In this document: positions 9,031-20,849 of the stretch, in pieces
Layout: every line of letters begins with the position of its first letter
How positions within the stretch are numbered: position 1 is the first letter of the stretch
Notes under the pieces: model-generated
The model's database searches: none
Told to the model about the DNA's origin: nothing
The model's input: only the letters and a program-made list of their open reading frames with translations
NCBI GenBank assembly: GCA_029262315.1
Contig: JAJCZP010000260.1
Coordinates: forward strand, 1,980 to 65,979
Direction: 5' to 3'
Length of the DNA stretch: 64,000 bases
Origin: Deltaproteobacteria bacterium
GTDB lineage: Bacteria; Desulfobacterota; Binatia; UTPRO1
Program-made: the position numbers and the translations under genes

Positions 9031-10326
9031 CTAACCATCGTCTCCACGCTTCCCGAGCACACGATGCCCAATGTCGCGGCGATAGTGCGCCCCCTCGAAG
9101 GTAATCCGTTCCGTTCCTGCGTACGCATGCGCTACCGCGCCCGTGAAATCGTCGCCGAGTGCGGTCACGGTAAGCACGCGACCGCCACTGGTCACTACCT
9201 GACCGTCCCGGAGCGTCGTGCCGGCGTGGAATACGACTCCGTCGTTCCAGTCGGCCAGCGCCCCTCGATCGTCCAACCCGTAGATCGGCGTCCCCTGTAC
9301 CGGGGCACTGGGGTAACCCGCTGCCGCCATCACGACTCCCGCGCTCGGGCGCGGGTCCCAGCTCGGCTGACAGCCGACGAGAAAACCGTCGAGGACGGCT
9401 TCCACGAGATCGATCAGATCGGAGCGCAAGCGGAGCATCAGCACCTGACACTCCGGGTCGCCGAATCGCACGTTGAACTCGAGCACCTTCGGGACGCCCT
9501 GATCGACCATCAACCCCGCGTACAGGAGGCCACGATACGGAATGCGCTGCGCGGCCAGCCCCTCGACGACGGGATACATGACCTCGTCCATGATCCGCTC
9601 TTCGAGTTCGGGCGTGACCAGTGGCGCGGGCGAGTACGCCCCCATCCCGCCAGTATTCGGGCCGGTATCCCCATCGCCCACACGTTTGTGATCCTGCGAT
9701 GACGCCAGCGGCACGACGGTGCGTCCGTCGGTCAACGCCATGAACGACACTTCGTCGCCGCGCAAGCACTCCTCGATCACGACGCGATTTCCGGCGTCGC
9801 CGAACGCCCCACTGGTCATGGCGGCATCGACCGCCGCATGCGCCTCGGCGAGGTTCGTACACACCGTGACGCCCTTTCCCGCGGCAAGACCGTCGGCCTT
9901 GACCACGATCGGCGCCCCAACGGAGTCGAGATGTCGATGCGCGTCCTGCGCATCGTCGAATGCCGCATAGCTCGCGGTCGGCACCTCGGCGCGATCGAGA
10001 AGGGCCTTCGTAAACGCCTTGCTGCCCTCGAGCTGCGCGGCCGCCCGCGTCGGGCCGAGAATACGAAGTCCCGCGGCCTCAAAGGCGTCGACGATCCCGA
10101 GCACCAGTGGCAACTCGGGACCGACCAGAGTGAAATCGATCTGCTCGGCTCGCGCGAAGTCACGGAGAGCGTCGATGGCATCTACAGGGATATCGACGAG
10201 GCGCGCGAGCGCGGCGATACCGGCATTGCCCGGCGCGCAGAAAATCGTGGGCGCGCGCGGGCTTTGCGCCAGCTTCCACACGAGCGCATGCTCGCGGCCA
10301 CCACCACCGATCACCAGGATTCGCAT
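9031..10326 (-). CDS. purD: Phosphoribosylamine--glycine ligase PurD
   Basis: [15 protein letters not shown] ... ATP-grasp motifs. The start was chosen at the conserved N-terminus. Confidence 0.9.
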   Translation of the reverse strand: MRILVIGGGGREHALVWKLAQSPRAPTIFCAPGNAGIAALARLVDIPVDAIDALRDFARAEQIDFTLVGPELPLVLGIVDAFEAAGLRILGPTRAAAQLEGSKAFTKALLDRAEVPTASYAAFDDAQDAHRHLDSVGAPIVVKADGLAAGKGVTVCTNLAEAHAAVDAAMTSGAFGDAGNRVVIEECLRGDEVSFMALTDGRTVVPLASSQDHKRVGDGDTGPNTGGMGAYSPAPLVTPELEERIMDEVMYPVVEGLAAQRIPYRGLLYAGLMVDQGVPKVLEFNVRFGDPECQVLMLRLRSDLIDLVEAVLDGFLVGCQPSWDPRPSAGVVMAAAGYPSAPVQGTPIYGLDDRGALADWNDGVVFHAGTTLRDGQVVTSGGRVLTVTALGDDFTGAVAHAYAGTERITFEGAHYRRDIGHRVLGKRGDDG

Positions 10327-10395
10327 TCGGGATGCCTTGCCAGGACCTGGGCTTGGTGCCACATCGGGCCCTCGGGGTCCAGCCAATGTCCGCCT

Positions 10396-12027
<1,632 letters not shown>

Positions 12028-12045
12028 ACACCCTCTCCTCGGGAT

Positions 12046-13161
12046 TCAGATAGCAAGCCGCGGCACGCGTGCGCCGACACGCACGAGCAGCTCGTAAGAA
12101 ATTGTCTCAGCCAAGGTCGCCACCTCGTCGATCGGCAGCACGTCGCCCCACAGCTCGACCTGATCCCCGACACTCGCGGCCGGGACATCGGTCACGTCGA
12201 TCATCGTATGATCCATGCACACGCGCCCAGCGATCGGCGCCCGCTGAGCGCGGACAATCATCTGTCCGCGATTGGAAAGTCGCCGCGGGTACCCGTCGGC
12301 ATAACCGACCGGCACTGTCGCGATCCGACTCGGACGCTCCGTCACGAAGGTCGCCCCGTAGCCAACGCCCGTCCCGGAGGGAACCGAGCGGATGGCCACG
12401 ATACCGCTCACGAACCGCATGGCTGGCCGCAGGTCGGCACGAGCGCGCATCGCGGTCGAGGGGTAGACTCCGTACAGCGCCAAGCCGGGACGCACGGAAT
12501 CGAAATGGGCCGCGGGTGTCGAAAGCGTCGCAGCGCTATTGGCGGCGTGCACGAGCGGCGGGCGGAGATCGCGCGCTTCCAGCACACGCACCAGTTCCGT
12601 AAATTTCCCCAGCTGCTGCTGCGTCTCCACCCCCTCGACGCTCTCGGCGTTGCAGAAGTGGGTCAGCAGCCCCTCGGTCGTGACTCCGTCGAGCCCACGC
12701 AGCGTCTCGATCAATTCCGGCGCATCCGCGGGCGCGGCGCCGAGCCGGCTCATCCCCGTGTCGACCTTGACGTGCAGCGGCACCACACGGCCGGCCTCGC
12801 GCGCAATCGCCGCCAACGCCACCGCGGTCTCCGCCTCCCACACGACCGGGGCCAAGCGGGCCTCGACGACGCGCTCGTACTCGGCTGGGTAGACGCCCCC
12901 GAGCACGACAATCGGCCCGGCCACTCCGACGGCCCGGAGATCGAGACCCTCCTGGGTCGTCGCCACACCGAAACGATCGGCGCCGGCCTCGCGCAAGAAT
13001 CGTCCGACGAGTGCGAACCCGTGCCCGTAGGCGTCGGACTTCACGACCGGCAACACCCCAACCTCGGGACCGGCAACGCGCGCCAACTCTTTGAAGTTTG
13101 CGGCGAGCGCACGTCCGTCGATCTCGGCGATCGTCGGCCTTGCTTGGTTCTGCGCGCTCAT
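12046..13161 (-). CDS. alr: Alanine racemase
   Basis: PLP site VVKSDAYGHG and the C-terminal CMDHTMIDV motif. An internal ATG at 13161 gives a 372-aa product. Confidence 0.85.
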   Translation of the reverse strand: MSAQNQARPTIAEIDGRALAANFKELARVAGPEVGVLPVVKSDAYGHGFALVGRFLREAGADRFGVATTQEGLDLRAVGVAGPIVVLGGVYPAEYERVVEARLAPVVWEAETAVALAAIAREAGRVVPLHVKVDTGMSRLGAAPADAPELIETLRGLDGVTTEGLLTHFCNAESVEGVETQQQLGKFTELVRVLEARDLRPPLVHAANSAATLSTPAAHFDSVRPGLALYGVYPSTAMRARADLRPAMRFVSGIVAIRSVPSGTGVGYGATFVTERPSRIATVPVGYADGYPRRLSNRGQMIVRAQRAPIAGRVCMDHTMIDVTDVPAASVGDQVELWGDVLPIDEVATLAETISYELLVRVGARVPRLAI

Positions 13162-13272
13162 GCGTAGGGTGCCGCGTTGGTTGCTGCTTGGGTACCGCGA
13201 AGAGAGGGCAGAATTAGCCCAGAGGGTACTGGTTGTAAAGGAAAGTTGAAGCGAGTAGCGTCCCGCTACGCC

Positions 13273-13473
13273 ATGCAGATCATCGTGAATGGCGAGCCAC
13301 ACGCATCTCCCGATGCCGTCAGTGTCACAGGCCTCCTCGAGAGTCTCGCGGTACCGGACGGCCGAGTCGCGGTCGAAGTCAACGAAGAGATCGTGCCACG
13401 CGACGACTTCGACACCCGGCAGCTGCGCGAGGGTGATCGGATCGAGATCGTACATTTCGTGGGAGGCGGCTGA
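13273..13473 (+). CDS. thiS: Sulfur carrier protein ThiS
   Basis: 66 aa, MQIIVNGEPH ... ending in GG. Sits 4 nt before thiG. Confidence 0.75.
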   Translation: MQIIVNGEPHASPDAVSVTGLLESLAVPDGRVAVEVNEEIVPRDDFDTRQLREGDRIEIVHFVGGG

Positions 13474-13476
13474 ACC

Positions 13477-14268
13477 ATGGGGGAGTCTGTGCAGCCCAGT
13501 GACGGATTCGTTCTCGCCGGGAAGACCTACACGTCCCGACTGATCGTCGGCACCGGCAAGTACCGCGACTTTCGAGAGACCAAAGAGGCGATCGAGCGCT
13601 CGGGCGCCGAGATCGTCACCGTGGCCGTCCGGCGCGTCAACATCACCGACCCGAACACCGAGAATCTGCTCGACTACGTCGACCCGAAGCGCTACACGAT
13701 TCTGCCGAACACCGCCGGCTGCTACACGGCGGACGAGGCCGTCCGCACCTGCCGGCTGGCGCGTGAGGCCGGCATCGGTACGCTGGTCAAGCTCGAGGTC
13801 ATCGGCGACGAGAAGACGCTGTACCCCGACGTCCCAGGCACCCTCGAAGCCGCCGCGACGCTCGTCGCCGAGGGCTTCCAGGTGCTGCCGTACATCACCG
13901 ACGATCCCGTCGCCTGCAAAAGGCTCGAGGACATCGGCTGCGCGGCCGTCATGCCGCTGGCCGCGCCCATCGGCTCAGGACTCGGCGTCCGGAATCCGTA
14001 CAGCATCAAGCTCATCATCGATCAGAGCACGGTCCCGGTCATCGTCGACGCCGGCGTCGGCACCGCCTCCGACGCCGCCGAAGCGATGGAGCTCGGGTGC
14101 GACGCGCTGTTGTTGAACACCGCGATCGCCGGCGCCGACGATCCTCTGATGATGGCCGACGCCATGCGCCTCGGCGTCGAGGCGGGACGGAAAGCCTTCC
14201 GCGCCGGCCGAATTCCCCGAAAGCTGTACGCCACCGCGTCGAGTCCGCTGACCGGCTTGATCGGCTGA
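13477..14268 (+). CDS. thiG: Thiazole synthase ThiG
   Basis: Conserved ThiG sequence throughout: [21 protein letters not shown]. Confidence 0.9.
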   Translation: MGESVQPSDGFVLAGKTYTSRLIVGTGKYRDFRETKEAIERSGAEIVTVAVRRVNITDPNTENLLDYVDPKRYTILPNTAGCYTADEAVRTCRLAREAGIGTLVKLEVIGDEKTLYPDVPGTLEAAATLVAEGFQVLPYITDDPVACKRLEDIGCAAVMPLAAPIGSGLGVRNPYSIKLIIDQSTVPVIVDAGVGTASDAAEAMELGCDALLLNTAIAGADDPLMMADAMRLGVEAGRKAFRAGRIPRKLYATASSPLTGLIG

Positions 14269-14282
14269 CGCGAGCCGACGCC

Positions 14283-14903
14283 ATGGCCCGGCGCGCGCCG
14301 CGCTGCATGCTGATCGTGAGTTGCCAGGACGTCGCCCAGCGCGCGCAAGCGATCCGGGCAGCGCTCGACGCTGGCGTCGACACCATCCAACTGCGTGAGC
14401 CGGGTGGCAAGGGTCGCGCGATCTACGATGCCGCAACGCTTCTCCGTGCCTGGACGCGGGCCGCCGACGCCGCGCTCCTCGTCAACGACCGCTTGGACGT
14501 CGCACGCGCCATCGAAGCCGACGGGGTACACCTGCCCGGCACGTCGTTCCCAATCGCGGTCGCGCGGGGGATACTGGGCCCAGGGCCGTGGATCGGACGC
14601 TCGACACACGCCGCCCAGGAGGCGCGGGAGGCCGCGCACGCTGGCGCCGACTACGTCGTCCTGGGGCCCATCTACGACACGCCCTCGAAACGCTCCTATG
14701 GCGCGCCGCTCGGGCCGGGCGTGCTCGACAGCATCGCACTACCGGTGCCGCTGATCGCCATCGGCGGCATCGCGGTGGCAAACGTCGGCGAGGTGCTCAC
14801 GGCGGGCGCCGACGGCATCGCGATCATACGCGAGGTCCTGCACGCGGACGAACCCGCGACCACGGCGGCCCGGCTCCTCGACGCCGTACGTTCCCGGAAC
14901 TAG
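14283..14903 (+). CDS. thiE: Thiamine-phosphate synthase ThiE
   Basis: TMP-TENI family motifs: QLREP, HLPGT, IAIGGI. Confidence 0.8.
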   Translation: MARRAPRCMLIVSCQDVAQRAQAIRAALDAGVDTIQLREPGGKGRAIYDAATLLRAWTRAADAALLVNDRLDVARAIEADGVHLPGTSFPIAVARGILGPGPWIGRSTHAAQEAREAAHAGADYVVLGPIYDTPSKRSYGAPLGPGVLDSIALPVPLIAIGGIAVANVGEVLTAGADGIAIIREVLHADEPATTAARLLDAVRSRN

Positions 14904-14999
14904 CCCAGCAACACGATCCGCCGGCTACGAGCGAACTCACGGCGCGGGTTCACGATGCGACGCCCGTCCCAGACATGCCTGGAGGGGGCGCCCCTGAAA

Positions 15000-16487
15000 T
15001 CAATCCAGGCCGAAAACCGTATCGGTCAGGTCCCCGGCAACCGACAGCGCCGAATCGCCAACGCACCCTACCGAGAACTCAGGATCGAACAGACAGCCAT
15101 CCAGCCCCGTCGTCGAACCACACTTCTGGATGACGCCGTCGACCTTGTCCTTCAGCTTGGCGAGCGCCTCGGCGTGCTCGGTCGCACAATCGACAGCCAC
15201 GGCTGCGGTGATGTTGTCGAGTTCGCAGCGCCCGAGAATCTTCAGTCCCTTGGCGATGGCCTTGCCGCTTTGCTTCAACAACTGACGCTGACACGAAACC
15301 GTCTTCCCAGCGATGACATTCGCGGGCAGATCGGGTGGCGCGGTGCCGAGCGCGGCCGTCAGGGTAGCATCACGCCCCTCGTCCTGGCGGCACACGAGGC
15401 AATCGACGAGGCCCTCGTACGTGTTAGTCTGAATGGCGCCGCACCCGCCCCCACACACATCGGGATACCCGATAAACGAAGGCGACAGGTTGTTCCCGTC
15501 GCAGCGACGATCCTTCGCACCGCCTATCCGCTCGCGCAGCTTCGCTTCGGCGTTCTCGATCTTCAGGTCGCGTCGGGCCGTATCGCAGGCCACGCCCTGC
15601 ACCTCATCGAGGTAGCAACGGTTCCACTCTTTCGAATGCCTCTTGGCGAAGCGTTGAAAGTTCTTGTCGATCTCGCGGAAACAGGTGGACCGGTTTTCGG
15701 CGGATGCCAGCGGCGTTACGACGCCAAACGCCTGAATCGGTACGTCGATGATCGGCTCGTCCGGATCATCCGACACGATGCGGAAATCGTCGTTCAGGAA
15801 GACGAAACCGGCCGGCGTGAATTGGATCTCGACAATGATGCTCGAGTTGATGGGAATCGTGACCGGCAGCGCTGGTCCGCTTACGGCAAGCTCGGGATCG
15901 GTCCCATCGACCAGCCCGTACGACGTCACCTCCAGCGGCACCGAGCTTCCGTTGTTGAAGATCTCGATCCCCGCCGTCGCAAGCTCCCCAGCTTCTCCAA
16001 TGATCGAAAGGTCCGTCGGAGCGACACGGATGTCGTGCGGCACGAGACACGACGCCACCATCGGCGTGATGAACGTGTGCCAGTCGCTCGGCGCACCGTT
16101 GGCCAGCAGGAAGTTGCTGCACGAATATCCCGGCAACGTGAGGTAGGTCATGATCTCATCGCCGTTCGTGAAACCGTCGCTGTCGCTGTCGTCGCCCTCG
16201 ATGTCCAGCAACGACTGCGTCACCGTCTTACCGAGATAGAGCTGCTGCTCCACGGCACCGCCGAACTGATTGCGCGCGCCCGTCCCGGTCCACTTGATGT
16301 GACACACACCACACGCGTTCAAGTTGTCACTGCCACCGATCCCGTAGAGGGTCGTGAACGCATCGAAATAGGTCGGCCGTGCGTGCGCCATCGAAACTGT
16401 CAGAATGAGAGCACCGACGGCGCACCCCGCCAACGCGATCCGCCGCGCCAAAGGCACTCTCGCCGTCGCGCTCATCGTCGTACTCAT
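15000..16487 (-). CDS. Secreted monoheme c-type cytochrome with a DxDxDG Ca-binding loop, a beta-sandwich region and a C-terminal ~225-aa Cys-rich module
   Basis: Signal peptide; one CxxCH (CGVCH); DSDSDGFTNGDE. The C-terminal module is homologous to those in the two upstream genes. Its start overlaps the upstream stop (ATGA). Confidence 0.75.
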   Translation of the reverse strand: MSTTMSATARVPLARRIALAGCAVGALILTVSMAHARPTYFDAFTTLYGIGGSDNLNACGVCHIKWTGTGARNQFGGAVEQQLYLGKTVTQSLLDIEGDDSDSDGFTNGDEIMTYLTLPGYSCSNFLLANGAPSDWHTFITPMVASCLVPHDIRVAPTDLSIIGEAGELATAGIEIFNNGSSVPLEVTSYGLVDGTDPELAVSGPALPVTIPINSSIIVEIQFTPAGFVFLNDDFRIVSDDPDEPIIDVPIQAFGVVTPLASAENRSTCFREIDKNFQRFAKRHSKEWNRCYLDEVQGVACDTARRDLKIENAEAKLRERIGGAKDRRCDGNNLSPSFIGYPDVCGGGCGAIQTNTYEGLVDCLVCRQDEGRDATLTAALGTAPPDLPANVIAGKTVSCQRQLLKQSGKAIAKGLKILGRCELDNITAAVAVDCATEHAEALAKLKDKVDGVIQKCGSTTGLDGCLFDPEFSVGCVGDSALSVAGDLTDTVFGLD

Positions 16488-18904
16488 GGGTACACCACCC
16501 TCGTGTGCTCATCCACAATGTCGCCGATCGCCGCCTCCATACACGCCTGCGTGGTCGGAGCATCGCCACCGATCGCGCACCCCTGGAGACCGCCGAAGTC
16601 CGTACAACGCGCGATCTTGTTGCCGGCCTTGGTCATCGCTTTCGCTATCTTCCCGTCCGGATCGGTCGAGCAATCGAGCGCCGGATTGTTCTTGCCACTC
16701 GCGTTCGCCTGCTCACAACGATCGAGCGCCTTGGTCCAACCGAGAGCCAGACTGCTCGCAGCTTTCGAGAGCGTGCGCTGGCACGTAAGGGCGCTGGCCG
16801 GCAGGCCCCCCGGAACATCTGGCGGCGCGGCCCCGTACGCCGAGTCCAACGCTGCCGCGTCGAGGGCGTCGGCCATACAAATGGCGCAACTCGCAAGATC
16901 CGCCATTTCGAACAGCAGAATGCCGCTGCACGGCGCTGGGCACACGGCATCGTGGCCGAGTGAACCCGGGGTCAAGCTTCGACCGGCACATTTCCGATCC
17001 TTCAAGCCACCGATCTTGTCACGAAGCTTGGCCGCGGCGGCCGCGATCTTCTCATCACGTCCTCCGTCGTCGCACGTGAGGCCTTTGGTCTCGGTGTCGA
17101 AGCAGCGCGTCCACTCCTTGAGGTGACGCTTGCGGTACTTCGCCTGCTGCCGCGCGAGATCCTTGCGGCACCCGTTCACGATCTTGGCGTCCGACTCGAC
17201 GAAGAGGTTCGCCATCTCGACCGGAAGCGATTTGTTGTGCTGCTCCCAGAGATCGAACAGGATGTTGCCGGCCGCGTTCGTGGTGTTCTCGTCCCGCAGA
17301 AACTCGATGTATTCGCGCGATGCCGTTTGGTAGTAGAGCGTCACTTCCGCCTGCACCGCCTCCGGACCCACAGGGTAGACGACGTCGTCCCAGTACTGAC
17401 CGTCGGCGTACGCTTGCCCGACCGGCTCACCATCGAAAGCGTCGAACGCCGCGTTGGTGAACCCGCGGGGCGGGATCCGGTTGTCGAAGAACCGCTTGTT
17501 GTTCAGCACCACATGAAAACTGTTGCCTTCCGGCACACCGGTCGCGGCAGCGGCCGCGGCCGTCAAACCGTAGTCGGCTCTCCAGATGTGCAGATCAGGA
17601 TCATGGCCGGGATCGTTCGGATCGAGACCGGCGCCCTCGATCGTCGAGGTCGCGAAGACATAGCGACCCGATTCGAAGACGACGTTCCGACTGGCGTCGA
17701 GCGCACGCACGTGCAACCACATGCGCCGCCCCTCGGGATACCCCGTGGGAAGCTTGTGGCCGCTCTCGTTCGTGACGCGCACCGTGAGGTTGCCACCCGA
17801 AAAATCGGCGGAGACGCTCGCGGCCTTGCGCAGCATCTTGGTTGCTTCGACGATGCCATCATTCAGGATGTCGGCATCGACTTCAGCGCCGAACGCGGGA
17901 TGATGCGGCAAGACGGCAGGGATGAAGGTATTCCCTCCCACCATCGTATGCAGCGGGATATCGTCCCGGACGAGTCCGACGTTGGCGTCACGCCCAGTGA
18001 CATCGGGAAAGTGGCAGTCCTGACAACTAGAGACGACGTCCTTGTTGCCACCGAACTGGGGCGCGAACACTCCTGTCGCGGCGTACTCGCTTTCCTTCCA
18101 TTCGTCGTACGTAGATTGCTCGGGAAAACCGAGCGCGGGATCGCCAGGGGCATCGAGTGCATTGAAATCGTACTCGTCGGTGATGGCGTTGTACGTATAG
18201 GTGGGGATCCGAACGTTGTGACACGTCCCGCATAGATCGGAACTCTCGTGGAACGGCGAGATCAACACCGAGCGATCTGGCAGGTGCGGATCGGAGCCGA
18301 GATCGCCGATAATGTCGAACGGTCCGCGCATGCGATCCAACGGATCGATCACGAACATCGCATCCGCCAGGACCGGCACTGGCTCCGCAAGGCCGGCCAA
18401 GATTGCAACGTCCTCGGCCGGATGCCCTGGCGCACCGAACGGGTCGACCATGCGGTGACACACGCCGCACTGCACTCCGTGGCGGTCGTCGGCCGTCATC
18501 ATGCTGCCGTCCGTGGCGGCTGATCTGCCCTCGAGCCACCCCTTGGGGAGATGGCATCGCAGGCAGGTCTCGCCGGACTTGCTGGCGTCCTGATTGGCAA
18601 TGGCAAGCCCCGCCCACATCAGCGGGTCGCGACCTGCCTGCGCCATCATTGAACCCTCCCAATTGCGCCATGGCTCAACGTCAGGCTGGCCATAGTCGGC
18701 ATGGCAGGGAGTACAGGTATCGGGTGTTGGTATGTCGTCTGTAATCGTCAGCGGCTGCGTTCCGGGTAACCGGAAGTCGTTGGTCGTCGTCGCCAGCGGG
18801 AGCTGTGCCCGCGCCGGCACGATCGAAACGAGGAACAGCATGGGGAGTGCCAGAAGCACTCCCCATGCCGACCGTATACCCAGTCCGAGTCGCAGTTCGA
18901 TCAT
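16484..18904 (-). CDS. Secreted pentaheme c-type cytochrome with a C-terminal Cys-rich module
   Basis: Signal peptide. Five CxxCH motifs: CTPCH, CLRCH, CGVCH, CGTCH, CQDCH. C-terminal 230 aa are homologous to the C-terminus of gene 15000..16487. Confidence 0.85.
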   Translation of the reverse strand: MIELRLGLGIRSAWGVLLALPMLFLVSIVPARAQLPLATTTNDFRLPGTQPLTITDDIPTPDTCTPCHADYGQPDVEPWRNWEGSMMAQAGRDPLMWAGLAIANQDASKSGETCLRCHLPKGWLEGRSAATDGSMMTADDRHGVQCGVCHRMVDPFGAPGHPAEDVAILAGLAEPVPVLADAMFVIDPLDRMRGPFDIIGDLGSDPHLPDRSVLISPFHESSDLCGTCHNVRIPTYTYNAITDEYDFNALDAPGDPALGFPEQSTYDEWKESEYAATGVFAPQFGGNKDVVSSCQDCHFPDVTGRDANVGLVRDDIPLHTMVGGNTFIPAVLPHHPAFGAEVDADILNDGIVEATKMLRKAASVSADFSGGNLTVRVTNESGHKLPTGYPEGRRMWLHVRALDASRNVVFESGRYVFATSTIEGAGLDPNDPGHDPDLHIWRADYGLTAAAAAATGVPEGNSFHVVLNNKRFFDNRIPPRGFTNAAFDAFDGEPVGQAYADGQYWDDVVYPVGPEAVQAEVTLYYQTASREYIEFLRDENTTNAAGNILFDLWEQHNKSLPVEMANLFVESDAKIVNGCRKDLARQQAKYRKRHLKEWTRCFDTETKGLTCDDGGRDEKIAAAAAKLRDKIGGLKDRKCAGRSLTPGSLGHDAVCPAPCSGILLFEMADLASCAICMADALDAAALDSAYGAAPPDVPGGLPASALTCQRTLSKAASSLALGWTKALDRCEQANASGKNNPALDCSTDPDGKIAKAMTKAGNKIARCTDFGGLQGCAIGGDAPTTQACMEAAIGDIVDEHTRVVYP

Positions 18905-18908
18905 GAAT

Positions 18909-20849
18909 CTATGGCGTTATGTCGCAGTCGTTCTGGCCGTTGCCGAACGGAAAGGCCGTAGTGAAGAGAACACCGTCCGAACCGAGGTTCGCGGTTTGGC
19001 AGTTCTCCTGGTTTCCACCGTCGGTACCGAATGCCATCGCGATGTCCGCGAAGACCGGGATCCCCGCCTGGGGAGCCTGCGCATTCAGCAACAGGAAATT
19101 CCGGCGGATCAAGTTATTGAAAGTGTCCGGGTCGCCACTGAGGACCGGGAACGGGTCTGGGTCGACCAATGTATTCGCCGCCGATTGATCGATCACCAGG
19201 ACGCCGAACGTATCGTTGTCGCGGATGATGTTCGCCTCGAACAGACTGTTGTCGTTCGAGACGATCATGATCCCGGTGCCGCGGGGAACGACCGCAACCG
19301 TACCGGATCCGAAGTTGTCGGTGCTGTTCGACTCGATCACGTTGTTCAGCACCAAATGATCACCGGACTGATCAACGAGAGTCGGATCCTTGAATACCAG
19401 GACACCGCCCGTGTTCTCGGTGATGTAGTTGTTATGCCCGAAGCCGTTGAGGCTATTCTCGAACTCGATCGCGGCCACGCCCCGACGGATGTCGTTGAAC
19501 CGGATCTCAAAACCGTCCGACTGACCGACATAGACGGGCGCATCGTCCTCACGCTCCAGAGTGCAGGCCTCGATGAGAATGCCCGTGCTCAGGATCGGGA
19601 ACACCGCGTAGCGCGTCTCCTCGAGACCGTTGTCGACGATGTCGCGGAAGGTGACGCCAGTCGCCGAGGAGACAAAGATTCCGTTGTCGTCCCAACCCTC
19701 GAAGCGCAAGCTCTGGAACGTCAGTCCGTCGACGCTCACCGCGTTCATGCCGTTGTCGTAAGTCAAGTCCGCGGCTGGGAGGAAGGGCCGATCGTTGGTC
19801 GCAGCACCGCACCCGATGAGACTCAGGTCGTCCGTACCAATCGGGATGTTGACGCCGTGGTTGTCCAAGACAGGGAACGTAGGCTCCTCATCGTAGGTAC
19901 CGGTGCGAATGAGAATCTTGTCGCCCGCGCTTGCCGCCGTCACCGCCGCCTGGATCGCGTTGGCAGCGCCCGGCACGACCACGGCATCGTAATCTTCGCC
20001 GTACGCGGCGTCGACGAGACTGAGAACGCCGTTCCAACCATTGCAGATCACGCATTCCTGCAGATCCGCCTCGGTGGAAGCCCCCGAGCACGCGAAGACC
20101 GATCGAATGAAGCCGAAGGTCGGATCGGTCTGGCCCAACAAGGTGAGTTCACAGCTCTTGGCGATCTTCTCCTCGGTCTTCGTGGTCAGCTTGTCGAGCG
20201 ACTCAGCTGTCTTCACGTCGGTCGGCGGCACGAAGACCCCACCCGAGTATTGCCCGACACATGCGTCCGCAATGTTGCCGGCAGCCTGGTCTTTCATCGC
20301 CTTGTCGATGCACTTGCTCACCGTTTTCAGCTGCCCGAGGACGTACTTCTGACCGAGCTTGCCCAGGTCCTTGACGCACTTGGCGCGCGGCTTCGGCGTC
20401 TCCTGGAAAGGGTCTTCGGTCGCGATGCCGGTAAAATGGCCGACCAGGACTTCGGTCTCGACGGCGTACTGCGACAACCCGCATTCCGAGATGAGGGTGT
20501 CGTCGGCCGAGCCGCCATAGCTCGAAGAAAGACCGGCCTGCACCGAGTCGACACCGCATGCCTTCGTGATCTTCTCTTTCGTCTTCAACGCCGCCTTCTC
20601 CATCTTCTCGGTCGCCTTGGCGGTGGGACACGTGCCCGTGGGCTCCTTGAGCCGACACTTGCTGAGCTCCTTCATCTTGGTCTTGGCGTACTTTCCGAGC
20701 TCTTTCGCGATCGTCTTCTGACACTTCAAGGAGTCCGGGTCGACGGCGGTGATGGCGCTCGGCGCCCGATCGGAACAGGCCTGAGCGGCCATCGAGACCG
20801 TGGGAATGAGAAGCGCGCCAAGGGCGCCAAGGGCGACGAGTGCTTTCAT
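18909..20849 (-). CDS. Secreted right-handed parallel beta-helix (NosD/pectate-lyase-like) protein with an N-terminal Cys-rich module
   Basis: Signal peptide. N-terminal ~255 aa (two KC ... C ... KI ... KxC sub-repeats) form the Cys-rich module. PbH1-type repeats follow (NNYITENTGGVLV, NNVIESNSTDNFG, SNDNSLFEANIIRDND). SD TAGGAGGAT lies before the ATG. Confidence 0.8.
   Translation of the reverse strand: MKALVALGALGALLIPTVSMAAQACSDRAPSAITAVDPDSLKCQKTIAKELGKYAKTKMKELSKCRLKEPTGTCPTAKATEKMEKAALKTKEKITKACGVDSVQAGLSSSYGGSADDTLISECGLSQYAVETEVLVGHFTGIATEDPFQETPKPRAKCVKDLGKLGQKYVLGQLKTVSKCIDKAMKDQAAGNIADACVGQYSGGVFVPPTDVKTAESLDKLTTKTEEKIAKSCELTLLGQTDPTFGFIRSVFACSGASTEADLQECVICNGWNGVLSLVDAAYGEDYDAVVVPGAANAIQAAVTAASAGDKILIRTGTYDEEPTFPVLDNHGVNIPIGTDDLSLIGCGAATNDRPFLPAADLTYDNGMNAVSVDGLTFQSLRFEGWDDNGIFVSSATGVTFRDIVDNGLEETRYAVFPILSTGILIEACTLEREDDAPVYVGQSDGFEIRFNDIRRGVAAIEFENSLNGFGHNNYITENTGGVLVFKDPTLVDQSGDHLVLNNVIESNSTDNFGSGTVAVVPRGTGIMIVSNDNSLFEANIIRDNDTFGVLVIDQSAANTLVDPDPFPVLSGDPDTFNNLIRRNFLLLNAQAPQAGIPVFADIAMAFGTDGGNQENCQTANLGSDGVLFTTAFPFGNGQNDCDITP

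Noticed and set aside
13162-13272. TPP riboswitch upstream of thiS-thiG-thiE
   Set aside because: The region contains GGGTGCC but lacks the invariant CUGAGA core and the pyrimidine-binding arm, so it is not called. Running a covariance model (RF00059) would settle this.
14940-14975. Palindrome agggggcgcccct between convergent thiE and the cytochrome operon
   Set aside because: It is too short, with no loop or T-tract, to call as a terminator with confidence.
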